Positions 12,779-26,676 of a stretch of DNA of 64,000 bases are shown here, piece by piece. This DNA is from Octopus vulgaris (Eukaryota): NCBI GenBank assembly GCA_951406725.2, contig OX597816.1, positions 3,906,001-3,970,000 of the forward strand, in the 5' to 3' direction. A program made the position numbers and the translations under genes. The notes beneath the pieces are model-generated. The model saw nothing but the letters and a program-made list of their open reading frames with translations, was not told the DNA's origin and made no database searches. Numbering within the stretch: the stretch's first letter is position 1; every line of letters begins with the position of its first letter.

Positions 12779-13043
12779 TCAATTAATAATGAAGGGTACT
12801 ACTTGTAGTGCCAGCATGCTAAAAATAGCAGTCAAAACGACTCAAAACGACTCAAAACAAAGATGAAATCGAGGAAACGGGCAGTAAAATCTGAAGACTC
12901 CGTAGAGTAGACGAAAAAAATCGAAAATGAAAATGAATTCGATTTCGCCCCTATGTACAAGTGAAAACTATGGTTTTGAGTCGTTTTGACTGCTATCTTT
13001 AGCATGCTGGTACTACAAGTAATACCCTTTCATTATTAATTGA
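12779..13043. repeat. Fold-back element FB3
   Basis: ~70-bp inverted arms (TCAATTAATAATGAAGGGTA..GCAGTCAAAACGACTCAAAAC and its complement at 12974-13043); 10-bp internal duplication in the left arm. Confidence 0.85.
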
Positions 13044-13107
13044 TAATTTTTTCCTTTATGGTGCTTTTGCGCATGCTAGCCGCTGATATTATTGTAAATT
13101 ATTAACA

Positions 13108-13285
13108 TCGCTAGCCACTACACACATTTTTTCTCTCCTTGCTCCTTTCTGTGGAAGAGCGTAGGCTCGAAACGTTAAAGACTTTTTTCAATTTCCGAGC
13201 GTTATACTAATACATCTGTTTGTTGTGTAAATCAAAAGACGAAGACCACCTGTCTTTATCTTTTGATTTTTTGTGAATTCTCCCC
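13108..13285 (+). mobile_element. Family F element with HHR-like motif
   Basis: CTTT-CTGTGGA-A-GAGC-GTAG-GCTC-GAAAC-GTT-AAAG; 3' end abuts (TA)n. Confidence 0.75.
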
Positions 13286-13287
13286 CA

Positions 13288-13374
<87 letters not shown>

Positions 13375-13808
13375 GGAGACAGGGAGAAAAAGAAAGGGAA
13401 GATATTTTAAACCATTCCATTCTTCATCCTATTCTGATGACGAACAATATCCGAACCGCACTAACAATCAATATTTTTTCTATTTCTTTGAACGCCAAAC
13501 TTATAATTTTCACTTTCAAATTACCTCGTCGTTTTGTTCTCGACTTTCTGTTTCTCTTTTCATAGTCATGTACACGTATACAGGCACACAGTCACACTCA
13601 CGTATGCACACACACTCATATACACACACTCATACAAACACGTAAAATGTATTACACACATATTTATATTCATGTTTCTTCTCGAAATAGAAACAATTTG
13701 ACTGTTTTTAAATGAAAAGTACACTGAAGGACTACAGAGTACTTTTTATTAAAGTACATTTTACAAAGAAAATTTTGGCAGTGACTATTTAGTTCGTTCG
13801 TCTTCATC

Positions 13809-13857
13809 TGACAGTCCGACGAAGGATGGTGTCCTTGAAACTTCGAAGTCATTGTCA
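13809..13857 (+). ncRNA. Type-I hammerhead ribozyme-like motif (CCGACGA core)
   Basis: TGACAGT-CCGACGA-AGGA-TGGTG-TCCT-T-GAAAC-TTCGAA-GTC-ATTGTCA; 7-bp stem I, perfect palindrome ACTTCGAAGT as helix III, GUC site. Confidence 0.7.
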
Positions 13858-13957
13858 AATATTTTTCTTGCCAAAGTTTAATACATACATGCACAAACCC
13901 ACCCTCCCAAAAATACAGATGTAGATAGGGCTAAAATCCAAGAGTGTACTTGTAGGC

Positions 13958-14152
13958 TCGTGTGTACCGTTGGCGATTCTTTTCCTCTGTCTTCCCTTCT
14001 CTAGATCTTTCCTTCTCCTATGTTTCCGACGAAGAGCTCCGCTCGAAACGTTAAACCCTCCTTCTTCCCTTCTTTCCTGAGCGTCCAATAATACTATATT
14101 TGTTCCACGTCCTCGCGTTGTTGTGTTTTTTTGTGTTTTCTTGTTTGAATTA

Positions 14153-14157
<5 letters not shown>
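13958..14157 (+). mobile_element. Short element family E with HHR-like motif
   Basis: GTTT-CCGACGA-A-GAGC-TCC-GCTC-GAAAC-GTT-AAAC; 4 copies in the window, each with its 3' end on (TA)n. Confidence 0.8.
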
Positions 14158-14219
<62 letters not shown>

Positions 14220-14303
14220 ATTCGAGACAAAACCACTATTTTAAAACCAAACAAGGAAAGACTTAATCAATACATAAAATTTTAATATAAATTAAATAAA
14301 CCG

Positions 14304-14347
14304 CCACTACAAATGTTTCATGTCTGCTACCGACAATCTTCAGGTGG
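14304..14347 (-). ncRNA. Minimal type-I hammerhead ribozyme
   Basis: Minus strand: CCAC-CTGAAGA-TTGTC-GGTAGCA-GACAT-GAAAC-ATTT-GTA-GTGG; canonical core, perfect stem I, GUA site. Confidence 0.75.
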
Positions 14348-14433
14348 ATTTTCAATCTTCTAATCAGTATCAAATATGTGTGTGTTTGTGTGTATATGTA
14401 TATATATGTATATAATGTGTATATATGAATATT

Positions 14434-14466
<33 letters not shown>

Positions 14467-14825
14467 GTATGTATTTAGATGTGTGAATGCATGTGCATCT
14501 GCATAAGCGTGTGTCTATGTGTACACTTACTACGTCGTGTTCACTCAGCCTTTCTCGTTCCGTTCTACAATACTAGTTGCCTCTCATTATATAAAAAGAC
14601 ACTTCATTACTAACTATTCATAAACGTTTCGTCCAAGCGTAAATTTCGTATTATTTGATTCCCTATCGGGAGAATTTCCGATCGGAGATATGTTACACAT
14701 TTTCCATTTCACGTACAATTCTGTTGCAAATGAAACCCCTGTAATGGTGAATATACCATAGAAAAATATTTTCTATTCTCCCTGGTTTTGATACACACAC
14801 ACACATACACACTATATATATATAT

Positions 14826-15080
14826 AACGGAATCTGGTAGGCAGCTGAGACCCAACAGGGCCCACATCCGCCCAACACCAGAGCTGTCGAGGACAACGTG
14901 TGCAACACCTGCTGCATTAGTGACAACACCCACAGAATCATCACCCCAACGTGCACCAACCACCTATCAGCAGCCCAACAACACACCCCACACCGGTGCG
15001 AAGCACAAGATCCACCAGATGGAGAAAGAACATTCTGCCACCGGTTCGATACCGTTAAAGAAAAAAATAAGGGAAAATGA
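14826..15080 (+). pseudogene. Probable Gypsy LTR-retrotransposon integrase C-terminal remnant
   Basis: TESGRQLRPNRAHIRP resembles the T..G...RRNR.HL motif; Thr/Pro-rich linker, then TRSTRW..ILPPVRY and a purine tract. Confidence 0.45.
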
Positions 15081-15234
15081 AAAGAGAAGTAACTAATACA
15101 GCTAGACTACAAAGCAGAGGCAGAATATTCTCACGATTTCTGCTGTAGGAAAAATTACGTATTTTTATATATATCTATATTTTCTTATAAGATAATATAC
15201 GTACATTTATTTAATTATTTTCTGTTTTTATCTT

Positions 15235-15317
15235 GGACCTGAATAGTGACTATATTTAAATTGAATTGATTTTACTATTATCAGTTTGAAAATATAGCCA
15301 TGAAACACGTGTGGTCT
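15235..15317 (+). ncRNA. Degenerate hammerhead motif with long stem II
   Basis: GAC-CTGAATA-GTGACTATATTT...AAATATAGCCAT-GAAAC-ACGT-GTG-GTC; core and cleavage triplet mutated. Confidence 0.55.
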
Positions 15318-15367
15318 ATTTACTAATTATATGCTATTTATTATTTTGTACTGTATTAAGATTACTT

Positions 15368-15435
15368 AATAACCTTTACACTTCAAAAACTGTATTAAGT
15401 AATCTTAATACAGTTTTTGAAGTGTAAAGGTTATT
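15368..15435. repeat. Perfect 32-bp hairpin (FB4)
   Basis: AATAACCTTTACACTTCAAAAACTGTATTAAG-TAAT-exact reverse complement. Confidence 0.95.
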
Positions 15436-15879
15436 TTTCCAAACATTATTTTTAAAAAAATAGACGTTATGAAATTGAGCATGTTAGTAACCTTTTTTGG
15501 GAAGAAGTTTTTTCTAGTGTGTGAGCGCTTTCGTTAAACTATTTCACACACACACATGTATGTATTAATTGTTGGCAGAGCATATACATATACGTAATAT
15601 GAATTAAAGAGAGATGAAGTTTCGTCACACACAGAAACCATTCCAACATAATCACAAAGAATGTAAACGTTTACTTAGAAGCAAGACATTTTCTATTGAT
15701 TAGCGCTCTGTGGCAGCATGAAGGAAAAAAAACTGATATTCTTTCTCTATAATTAAACAATGAAGTAGAAATTACAAGCTAAGTATATGAAAGAACATTA
15801 TTAGATAAACACAAAAGGAAGAGAGAATGAAATAAACCAAAAGTGCACCAAATCGTAGAAATCAATGAAAAGCAAGGAA

Positions 15880-16400
15880 AAATAAATAAGGAAAAATGAA
15901 GAAAACACATGTTGGGTCAATATTCTGCAAGATAGCCACAAGAAAAACAATGAAATGACTATAATAAAATATGAAAAGAAGATGCTAAGATCAACCATAG
16001 ACTATGTAATTAATATAAAAACAGAATCAATACCACCATTTCCGGCTTGCAGGCATCACAAAGAGAGAATATATTCACAGACATGACAAGGTAGCTATAG
16101 TTATTGGGAAATATGCAGATGCATTCTCATGGAGTCTCAAGTATAAGTTGTATGATCACGCACCAAAACAGGTAGCGACAACGACATAGTCACGATCGGA
16201 AAGACAAAGAGATCAAAGACAAGTGCTTAGTGTTCGGTGAAACAAAGAAATGAAAATGCATGTATTATGATAGACATCTCGATCGCTTTCAGTGAGAACA
16301 TGGCCCGAGAGGATGTTGTTGCACGAGAGGATGGAGACGAAGGTTAGAATATAACAGGACATTATAAAAAGAATAAGAATTGAAACAAAAGAAAATAACA
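15880..16400 (+). pseudogene. Old R4/Dong-like LINE remnant (C-terminal/RLE region)
   Basis: Fragmentary translations REYIHRHDKVA, KLYDHAPKQV, ACIMIDISI. Confidence 0.55.
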
Positions 16401-16936
16401 AAACCGCAGCCTTATTGTAATCCATCTCATGATCCTATCAAGTATAAAATACGCCCTACACAAGAGAATTTTAACAAAATAAGAAATACACAAACAAAAT
16501 AATATCATTTGCTTAGGCAAGTGTCTTTTACGATAGCTCTAGGCCTTCTTATGCCTTGAGAGTGAATTTGGTTGACCGAAACTAAAAGAAGCCATCGTGT
16601 ATACATATATAAATACCAGTTGAATACTGAGGCTGAGATTATTTATAATTGGATGTCTGTTGATAAATTGGTATCTACTGATTTCTCCATTTTCTTTTCT
16701 TATACCCATTAATATATATTAATTATACCCAATAATACCCAATAATGTATATACCCAATAATATATATTATACCCAATAATATACCCAATAATATATATT
16801 AATATATATTTCTTAATATACTCATTTGCATCGACGAGAAGCTAACGTCTTTTTAGTACTTCACCGATACACTGGATAAAAACCGGGGAACTTGGATGCT
16901 AACATCACTTTAAGACATATATCCTCGCAAAGATAA

Positions 16937-17013
<77 letters not shown>

Positions 17014-17439
17014 TATATACATATATATAACAAAATAAAGTTGTAAGGTACCGCACGAGTGGAAATATATATGAAAAAAGGTTTGAAAATGAAATTTTAA
17101 AGATGTTTATTCACTTGACCGGTTTCACTTTTTTAGAAAAAGATTGTCTAAAGTAAAATGTAAAGCTTTGTTGTGCTAAGTACTGGTTGTCATAAAATAT
17201 TAAAATACATATATATATTCCTTGGTAATAATAAAATGTTAAATGCAATTTACAAGGAAATATCTTGAGAAAATAGTAAACATAAAGTTCAATAAAAATA
17301 TTAGGAGTTCATTAAAAATCATGTTTGTTCGGAAGTATCAATATGCATACACAGAAAATTATTAGGAGTTCAAAAACAGTCTTATTTGGTTAATAGTCTT
17401 TTCGTTATATAACATAATTGAACAGCATTACTATATTGC

Positions 17440-18575
17440 AGCCAATTGGCAATAGCTTCGTCCAATCTTTTACAGATTCGGCACACTGGAAACCCTTGCT
17501 CAGTCCTAAGGTCCCCACTCCATTTTGTAGCTAAAGTTTGGTCTTGCGCGGGCAGGATGGTGCTCTCATTCTGTTTTTAGTGTTCTTTTACCTCAACCAG
17601 TTCCAGCTATGTTTTCCAGCAACCTCAGTTGCGGATACATGGAATTGATTGTGTAACCCTTTCTTGTGTAATACTTCTTCATATCCTTTTTGTACTTCTT
17701 GCTTTGTTTGACCCCTTTTCTCTGTTTTCAATACACCCTCATTCCTAACTGATATTAGCAAGTTTTCCTTACTTTGGTATAGGTATCTCGTTACGCCCCA
17801 AAATCGATAGGTACGCAGTCTTCCACACTTGTCAGTTCCCTTCCTCCATTTGCTTTCTTCCTTTATAGGCGACCAGTGTCTTCACATGGATGATGGGCTC
17901 CATGCATCCTTAGAAACTTTCTTGTCTTCCTGTCCAACTCCTTTAGCTAATCCGCTGTCCACTTCAGAAATCCAGTGCCATACCAAACCTCTGCGACTCT
18001 GTGCGAGTTTACTGTCGACATTATGGTTCTGGCATTCAGATTTGAAGCCAGTATTTTTCTCCGATACTTTTCTTGCATAACGTTGTGCTTAATTCCATCT
18101 GCTTCAAGTGTTCCTAGGTATTTATATCCGGGTTAAGGCTCAATTACGTTCATCATTTCACCACTTGCCATACACATACCTTCTGTCCTGACAAGCTTTC
18201 CTTGTCTCAGCACATTTTGAAAATCTAAAATCTCTTTTGAAAACCTTCGAGAAAAACCGCGCAGACGGGACCAGGCTGTCCAGCCCTCCTTCACTTTTTA
18301 TGAACAATTTCAAGTCATTCATGAATAGCGGGAGGTTAGGCTTTCTCTTACCGTTTCCTAGATCATGCGCTAACTTTTTCTTCTACAGAATTTCAGTCAA
18401 AGGGATCATTCCCAGCACAAAGATCAGTAGGGACACACTGTCTCCACGGAAGATTCTTCTTTTGATTTTCACCTTTCCTAATGCCTGATGCCCTACTGTC
18501 AAATTCTGTTCTTCAACATTTCATATTGTTCCGTATAAGGTTACTTATGTATTCTGCTACTCCATTCTTGTTTTC
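17440..18575 (-). pseudogene. R4/Dong-clade LINE fragment: RT core to zinc knuckle
   Basis: Minus strand: KIKRRIFRGDSVSLLIFVLGMIPL, LFMNDLKL, GYKYLG, LKELDRKTRKFLRMHGAHHP, GGRELTSVEDC, AQDQTLAT, CRICK; many stops and frameshifts. Confidence 0.85.
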
Positions 18576-18636
18576 CAAGAGCGTGGTATGTGTCGTATGC
18601 TTTATGATTATCATTATTATTATTATTATTATTATT

Positions 18637-19720
18637 GCCTTCGCACAGCTTCTAACGATGGAGATGTACTACAGTGTCAGCTGTTCACTACCAGTGAACT
18701 AAGGTAACACCTCTTATTTTTCAGCACTTTCCGGAGTATTCGAGCGGTACCACATAGTGCTGTTTTCTGCAAGTGCTCCACCCTTATTGCAGCCCCTATT
18801 TGTTCCACGTACTTCTCAAGATTTTTGCTCACTGTTCCCAGTGTTCCGACAATTATTAGTACTACTCCCACTTTTTTTAACGACCACAACTGCTTAACTT
18901 CCCAAGCTAACCTCTCATATCTATCGACTTTTCTTTCTTCCTTATCGCATACCTCGTTGTCAGCTGGGCTTGCTATATCTATGATCCAGCATCGTTTGCT
19001 TTTTTTTCTCAATAAACACTACGTCTGATCGCACTGAATCATAAAATCCCATAAGATCTTTGCATTATCATTTTCGACATTGCCTTCAGGTTTGTGGTCG
19101 TACCACTTCTTTGCTCTGTCAAGTCCATACTTGTTGCAAAATGTCCAATGGACAAGTCAGGCTATATTGTCTTAGATTAGAGCCTACGTTTTCGATTTTA
19201 AATTAATTTTAGTCATCCATAGCCATATTTTTTCTCTGTCTTATCTTCAGCATTCCTATGGAATTGACCAAGCATTCTTTTCTTTATCCACCCGTTTTCA
19301 GTTTCACTCAATCTCAAGTGCTTCTACTGTTTTTTCTTTCAAATCTTCCATCTTAAACAAGCTTGACCTTTATACTTCCAATTATAGTGGTTCTGTGACA
19401 TTTTTTGCATACGATACTATGTTGTTTTTTCTGCGTTAATGCTGTGTTCGCATCCAATCAGTCCTCTTCCCCTTTTTTTTCATGGTACATACTGTCTGTG
19501 TCACTTTTTGGGTGAAGTGACCCATATCTAGTTAGCAACTTCCTTGACTTTCTGTCTAAGCTGTTTAGTTCGTCTACTGTCCATGCGATTACTCGTCTCT
19601 TGCTCCATATACAAGTGTTCATAGCTTCAATCTTATTCCGTCCGTTTAATTTCGACTTAAGGATCAATCTCAGTCTGCGCAAGTATCAACCTCAAATTTT
19701 TCTGTCATTTCTTTCTCCAT
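18637..19720 (-). pseudogene. R4/Dong-clade LINE 3' fragment with restriction-like endonuclease
   Basis: ORFs 19458-19682 (RRLRLILKSKLNGRNKIEAMNT..LDRKSRKLLT..LHPKSD) and 18677-19012 (CWIIDIASP..K..RYERL..VGTLG..QKTALCGTARILRKVL); 3' end on (TAA)n. Confidence 0.9.
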
Positions 19721-19776
19721 CAATTTGTCCAATGAAATGACACAAAAATTACTATTGTTATTAATATTATCGTTAC

Positions 19777-19824
<48 letters not shown>

Positions 19825-19881
19825 CGTTATCGTCATCATCATCATCATCATAATCACCATCATCATTATTTTTATTATTCC

Positions 19882-19948
<67 letters not shown>

Positions 19949-20013
19949 TTTTTTTTATTCCTTCTTTCTTCAAATTTTCTTCGATTTCTCGTCGAGTGTT
20001 TTCCGTACACCTC

Positions 20014-20330
<317 letters not shown>

Positions 20331-20339
20331 GGCATTGTT

Positions 20340-20720
20340 GTGTGGCTTCTATCTACATTTTCCTGATGTATTTTTTCTTTTAAATGTTCTATTTCTATTT
20401 CTGATATTTTTTGTGTTGAGAATGTATGTTCGTACGTTAGCTAGTTTATTAGGGTTCATTGCTGTATCCAAGTCTTTAGTTATGATATTTTTCTTCCATA
20501 TTTTATAAGTATATGTAAGTGTTGTATTTTCGTTCTTTGGGTAGAGCACTGCTGTAAAGTAAGCGTGTAGGATTGAAATGTATTCCTCACGTGTCCATTT
20601 ATGCCTTTTGGCTTTATTTGCGGGACATGTGGAATAACGTCCGGACCATTATGTTCGTAGGGTACCAGTCTGTTCATTTCTGTTGTCACATTGTTTTGCA
20701 CGTGTAGATTTTCGTACATT
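20340..20720 (-). pseudogene. Probable N-terminal fragment of a Dong-like ORF
   Basis: TYKIWKK...MNPNKLANVR resembles R4/Dong N-terminal regions; flanked by Dong pieces. Confidence 0.45.
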
Positions 20721-21086
20721 TTGTGTAACAAATTTAAAGTACGCACTTCCCGATTGTTATTCTTGGGTTGAATAATATCGGTGTTATTTAATTTCTTCGT
20801 AGTTTTTTTGTACATGGTGTTTGGGGCCGGAGATGATCTGGTGTTGATGGATCGTAATGTATCAAGCATGTTTACATGTGCTGTGCTAGAGGTAGAGATG
20901 ATATCGAGTTAAAATACATCATTTCGTTTGGAAAATAGTAATAAATTTCAATGAGTATTACTTACTCGGATATAATCCAATTCTTTGTCACTTATTTTTG
21001 GGCTCCATGCGATGTCTTCGTTTCCGATGTTTGTGGATAGATTTCGGGGCACTTTTTTTGTCGTTCTCACATGTTAAACGTCTCCC

Positions 21087-21132
<46 letters not shown>

Positions 21133-21136
21133 CATT

Positions 21137-21457
21137 CAGTAGTTTTATTTTTATAGCGTGCTTTCACTTCACTACCGAGCGCAGCTCTGTGTGCCTTGGG
21201 TATGTGCTGTGATTTGTTGTGATGTTCTGATGGTTACTGTATTGAAAGTGTTCTGCGTAGGATGTGTGCAGTGCCTAGTAGTGCAATTTTCTGTATGTTA
21301 TATGTGTTTGTAAGTCCTGATGTTTTTGTTATGTATTTGTCTGAATATTTATTATTATTATTATTGTTTCTGTTTTCAGTTCCATTCTAGTTACTCTATT
21401 TCCAGGTCTTTGTATTTTGAGAGTTTCTCCATTTCTTTAGAGACACGTTGTCATCTG

Positions 21458-21458
<1 letters not shown>
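21137..21458 (-). mobile_element. Dong-like 3' end plus RLE fragment
   Basis: Second IQKIALLGTAHILR copy; 21366-21458 reads EMEKLSKYKDLEIE. Confidence 0.8.
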
Positions 21459-21545
<87 letters not shown>

Positions 21546-21989
21546 CATTATTATCATCATCATCATCATCAATATTTTTATTATTCCTATTATTATTATT
21601 GTTGTTGTTGTTATCGTTGGCTGTAGAAGAAGCAGCAGTTGCAGTAGTGGTAGTAGTACTAAGTGCATAGAACATGTGTGGTACGTCGTCAAGTGGTTCA
21701 ATCAATAATCTACCATAAAATTTTTAAATAACCACAACAACAACAACAACGACAACAACATTTGGTGATGTTAATACGAAGACACAAGGTTATGAAAAAA
21801 AAAAATAGCAAAAAATAAACTAACAAGAGCAAAACAAACAGAAATCAAAACAAAAATAAAAGAAACACAAAAACAATATCTGAAATTGATTAATTTTATC
21901 AGATTTTTATTTTATTTTACTTTATTTCTCACTCTTCAATTTAGAAATAAATCATCTATGAGGAATAATTGTGAAGTTCTTTAGGAAAC

Positions 21990-22870
<881 letters not shown>

Positions 22871-24495
22871 TATTATTATTATTATTATTGTTATTATAAT
22901 TATAACAGCAAAAGCAACAACAAACCTAACATTAATAACAACAACAACACCATTAATGATAATAATAACAACAGCAACAACAACAATGATAATAACAATA
23001 GTAGTAATAATAGCAATAACAAGGACAAAGACGATAACAATAGTAACATCAACAATTGTAATTCAAAAAATCTTGGCATTTTATTAAAGTATTTATTGAA
23101 ATGGAAAAAAAAAGAAGAAAAAGGAAACCATTATAGCGAAAGTTATATATGATTATTATTTTTTGCAAAAAAGTGTTATTATTATCATTATTATTATCAT
23201 GGCTTTTTTGGAATTATTGATTTTGTTGTTGTTAATGTGTTGTTTGTGTTCATTCTCGTCCTCCTCCTCCTCCTCCTCCTCCTCCTCCTCCTCCTCCTCC
23301 TCCTCCCTCCTCCTCCTCCTCAGAGTCGCTTTCAACTCAACGTTTGTTTTAATTGTCAACCGTCTTTGCTGTCATTATACAATCATTAAAATTCACCATT
23401 CTCGCTATCATGCTAATTACTGAGACAATAATTATTATGATCCTCCTCTTCCCAATCATCTCCATCATCATCATCATCCTCATCGTCATCATGATCGTCA
23501 CAGTCTTAATTATTACCTTTATTATTTTAATTGATAATCAAACATTGAATTTTTCTTCTTCTTTGTTAACCCTTCCATGAAATTGGTTTTAGTCAACGGA
23601 TTTCCAGTTGTTGAATAAATTGCACAAACTTGAAGCTCATTTTGTCATTGACAAGGGTCAGACAAATCCGACAATAAGGGAATTCCTTTACTTTTTCGTT
23701 GTATTGTTTTTTCTTTATTTTTGGTTTTCAATTTCTAAATCGTTCTTCTGATCGTCTGCCATATCTTGTAGACCTGCTTACCGAATTATTATGTGACCAG
23801 GAACAAAGTCGAAGGCTGCGTGTTTCGTATCCTGTTCGTTGTAATTCGCTATATCCATTGACGAACAAAACATTTGATACTTACATAGATTTCTACACGT
23901 GAATGAATGATTTCACGTTCAATTTATAAATAAAAATTGTAACGGAAGCGGTATTAATGTCGAAGAGCAATCTTTATATCCAACTTAACATTGATGTTGT
24001 GTTAGAGTACGGTAAACTGCTTTATTTATCTTGAGAAAACCTCTCATATGGAGTAGGGGTGCATAAAAGCACTCGTATTCATATCATTGACAGATGAGAG
24101 TCGTCTTCCACACCCACTGGAACTTCCAGATCACGTGATTTTGCCCCGTTTTGGGCTCACCAGAAGCAGACGACCGGTTGCGAAATTGTATTTCAGAGGA
24201 CAGGACAAACTATTCACGAGATGGTAGACTGGGTATTGAAAAGTAGGTTAGCAGCTGCCTCTAGTTATCACACGGGAATGTTACAGCGACCGAAAGCGGA
24301 AGCAGATTCGTTGGTCCTACACAGAAAGAAGAAAATAGTAATTAGCAAAATACAAAGGGAATGTGCATTTGGATATACTTTCTTATGAATGAATTGAGAA
24401 TAAATGCTGGACGTTGAAGAAACATTGAATGCAGGGTTTAAAGTGTTAAATGCAGAGCTCAAGACTGAAGTATTTACATCAATCCCACAATGCAT

Positions 24496-24718
24496 TACTC
24501 TCTTTTACTCTCTTTTACTTGTTTCAGTCATTTGACTGCGACCATGCTGGGGCACCGCCTTTAATCGAGCAACTCGACGCCGGGACTTATTCTTTGTAAG
24601 CCCAGTACTTATTCTATCGGTCTCTTTTGCCGAACCGCTAAGTAACGGGGAAATAAACACACCAGCATCGGTTGTCAAGCAATGCTAGGGGGACAAACAC
24701 AAACACACAAACACACAA

Positions 24719-24788
<70 letters not shown>

Positions 24789-24950
24789 GACAAGCTTCTT
24801 TCAGTTTCCATCTACCAAATCCGCTCACAAGGCATTGGTCGGCCCGAGGCTATAGTAGAAGACACTTGCCCAAGATGCCACGCAGTGGGACTGAACCCGG
24901 ACCCATGTGGTTGGTAAACAAGCTGGTTACCACACAGACATTCATGCGCC
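24496..24950 (-). mobile_element. SINE A (full length)
   Basis: Colinear with 352-774. Confidence 0.9.
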
Positions 24951-25309
24951 ATTAGGTTACAATAAATAAATAAACGCACCAATAAAACATGCCACTTTCA
25001 TCTATTCTTTCAGTCGATGCTCGGTAAGTCTAGTGGAACTAATGGAATTCGTTATGTTGCTGTTCTTTAATTATTATCATTAAGAAAGATAAGGAGAGAT
25101 GAAAAAACATTGAAAATTAAAAACAATCGTGACACCGACGTAAAAGGTTTGATATGAAGCCGCTTCCTTTACCTATACACACTACACACTACACACGCAC
25201 ATAGGCGTTATATGCATTATTACCATTATTGTTTTTACGTATTTTGTATTCTTATTCGTGCTATCATTATTGCTTTTACGTATTTTTGTATTTTTATTCG
25301 TGTAACATT

Positions 25310-25542
25310 GTCCGTTTTCCGTCCTTGTGTTGTATACATTCGAGGCTTTCTTCCAAGGAAATCTAATGCGCTTGGCTTAGATTTTCCTTTGGGGCTGCCC
25401 AGGTCGGAGCAATCTCAAGATTAATCAGCCGAAATTGCGAAGATGATCTGGTTCTTGACTGAAGATTGAGGGCTTCGAATGTCCCGTCCGTGTTTTTTGT
25501 GTCGTCTTCTAAATGTTTCACGTTCTTGTCCCAGTTTGTATA

Positions 25543-25547
<5 letters not shown>
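25310..25547 (+). mobile_element. Family D element
   Basis: Matches 1895-2130. Confidence 0.75.
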
Positions 25548-25605
<58 letters not shown>

Positions 25606-26384
25606 GTGTGTGTGTGTGTGTATAAACATATATATATATACGTGTGTGTTTGTATACACACAGACACAGACACTCGCACACGCACACACATGTATATATA
25701 TATATATATACATATATATGTATGTATAGATAAATATATACATAGATGCATAGATAAACTGATAGGTGTAAGAAATGGAATCCTTCGATACATATTTAGA
25801 CTTATACAGGTAGTGAGATTTTGTGTAATCATTATCCTACATCCAAGGTGTAAAATGCGTCTCCTCAGGTGATTGTTTAAATACGTCCTGTGTTAGACCG
25901 TCACTTCAGTCAGTGTTAGAAAGTATACCCAAAGTGATATGTCATTTGCAGCAGGTTACAGAAAAAAGAAACTAAAGCCATAGATATAATGATAGACAAA
26001 ATATAATTATATTCAAAATAAAGATAATATTCACGGAAAAACGGTCAGGTCTACTTTAATGGCCAGATTATAAGGAAGAAAATAATAAACAGAATAAAGA
26101 ATAAAATAGAGAATAAAATTAAACATTTAGAGGTAAAATGATAAAGTAATGAAGGTCGATCATTTTAGTAATGATCAACTGTTTCTTTATTTATATGAAA
26201 GATCTAAATCGCTCCACTGTCTTTCGCTACACAACTGGTTCCATCCTACACTCAAATGAGCCGTTTTATTTTTAAGACTGTTAGAGACAAAATTAGTTAG
26301 TCGGTATCCCTGTATAAATATTCTTCCATATACCCACCTGAAAGATAGTGTACATTGTTTTACACACACATGCACACACACACA

Positions 26385-26483
<99 letters not shown>

Positions 26484-26614
26484 ACATATACGATCATATA
26501 TACTTCTCACCAATATTTTTACTATTTTCACTGTTAATATCAATATCAATATACGTTCGGTTGAAAGTCCAGCCCCAAAAGCAATGTAGTTTGTATATTT
26601 TTAAATGTCCACAC

Positions 26615-26676
<62 letters not shown>

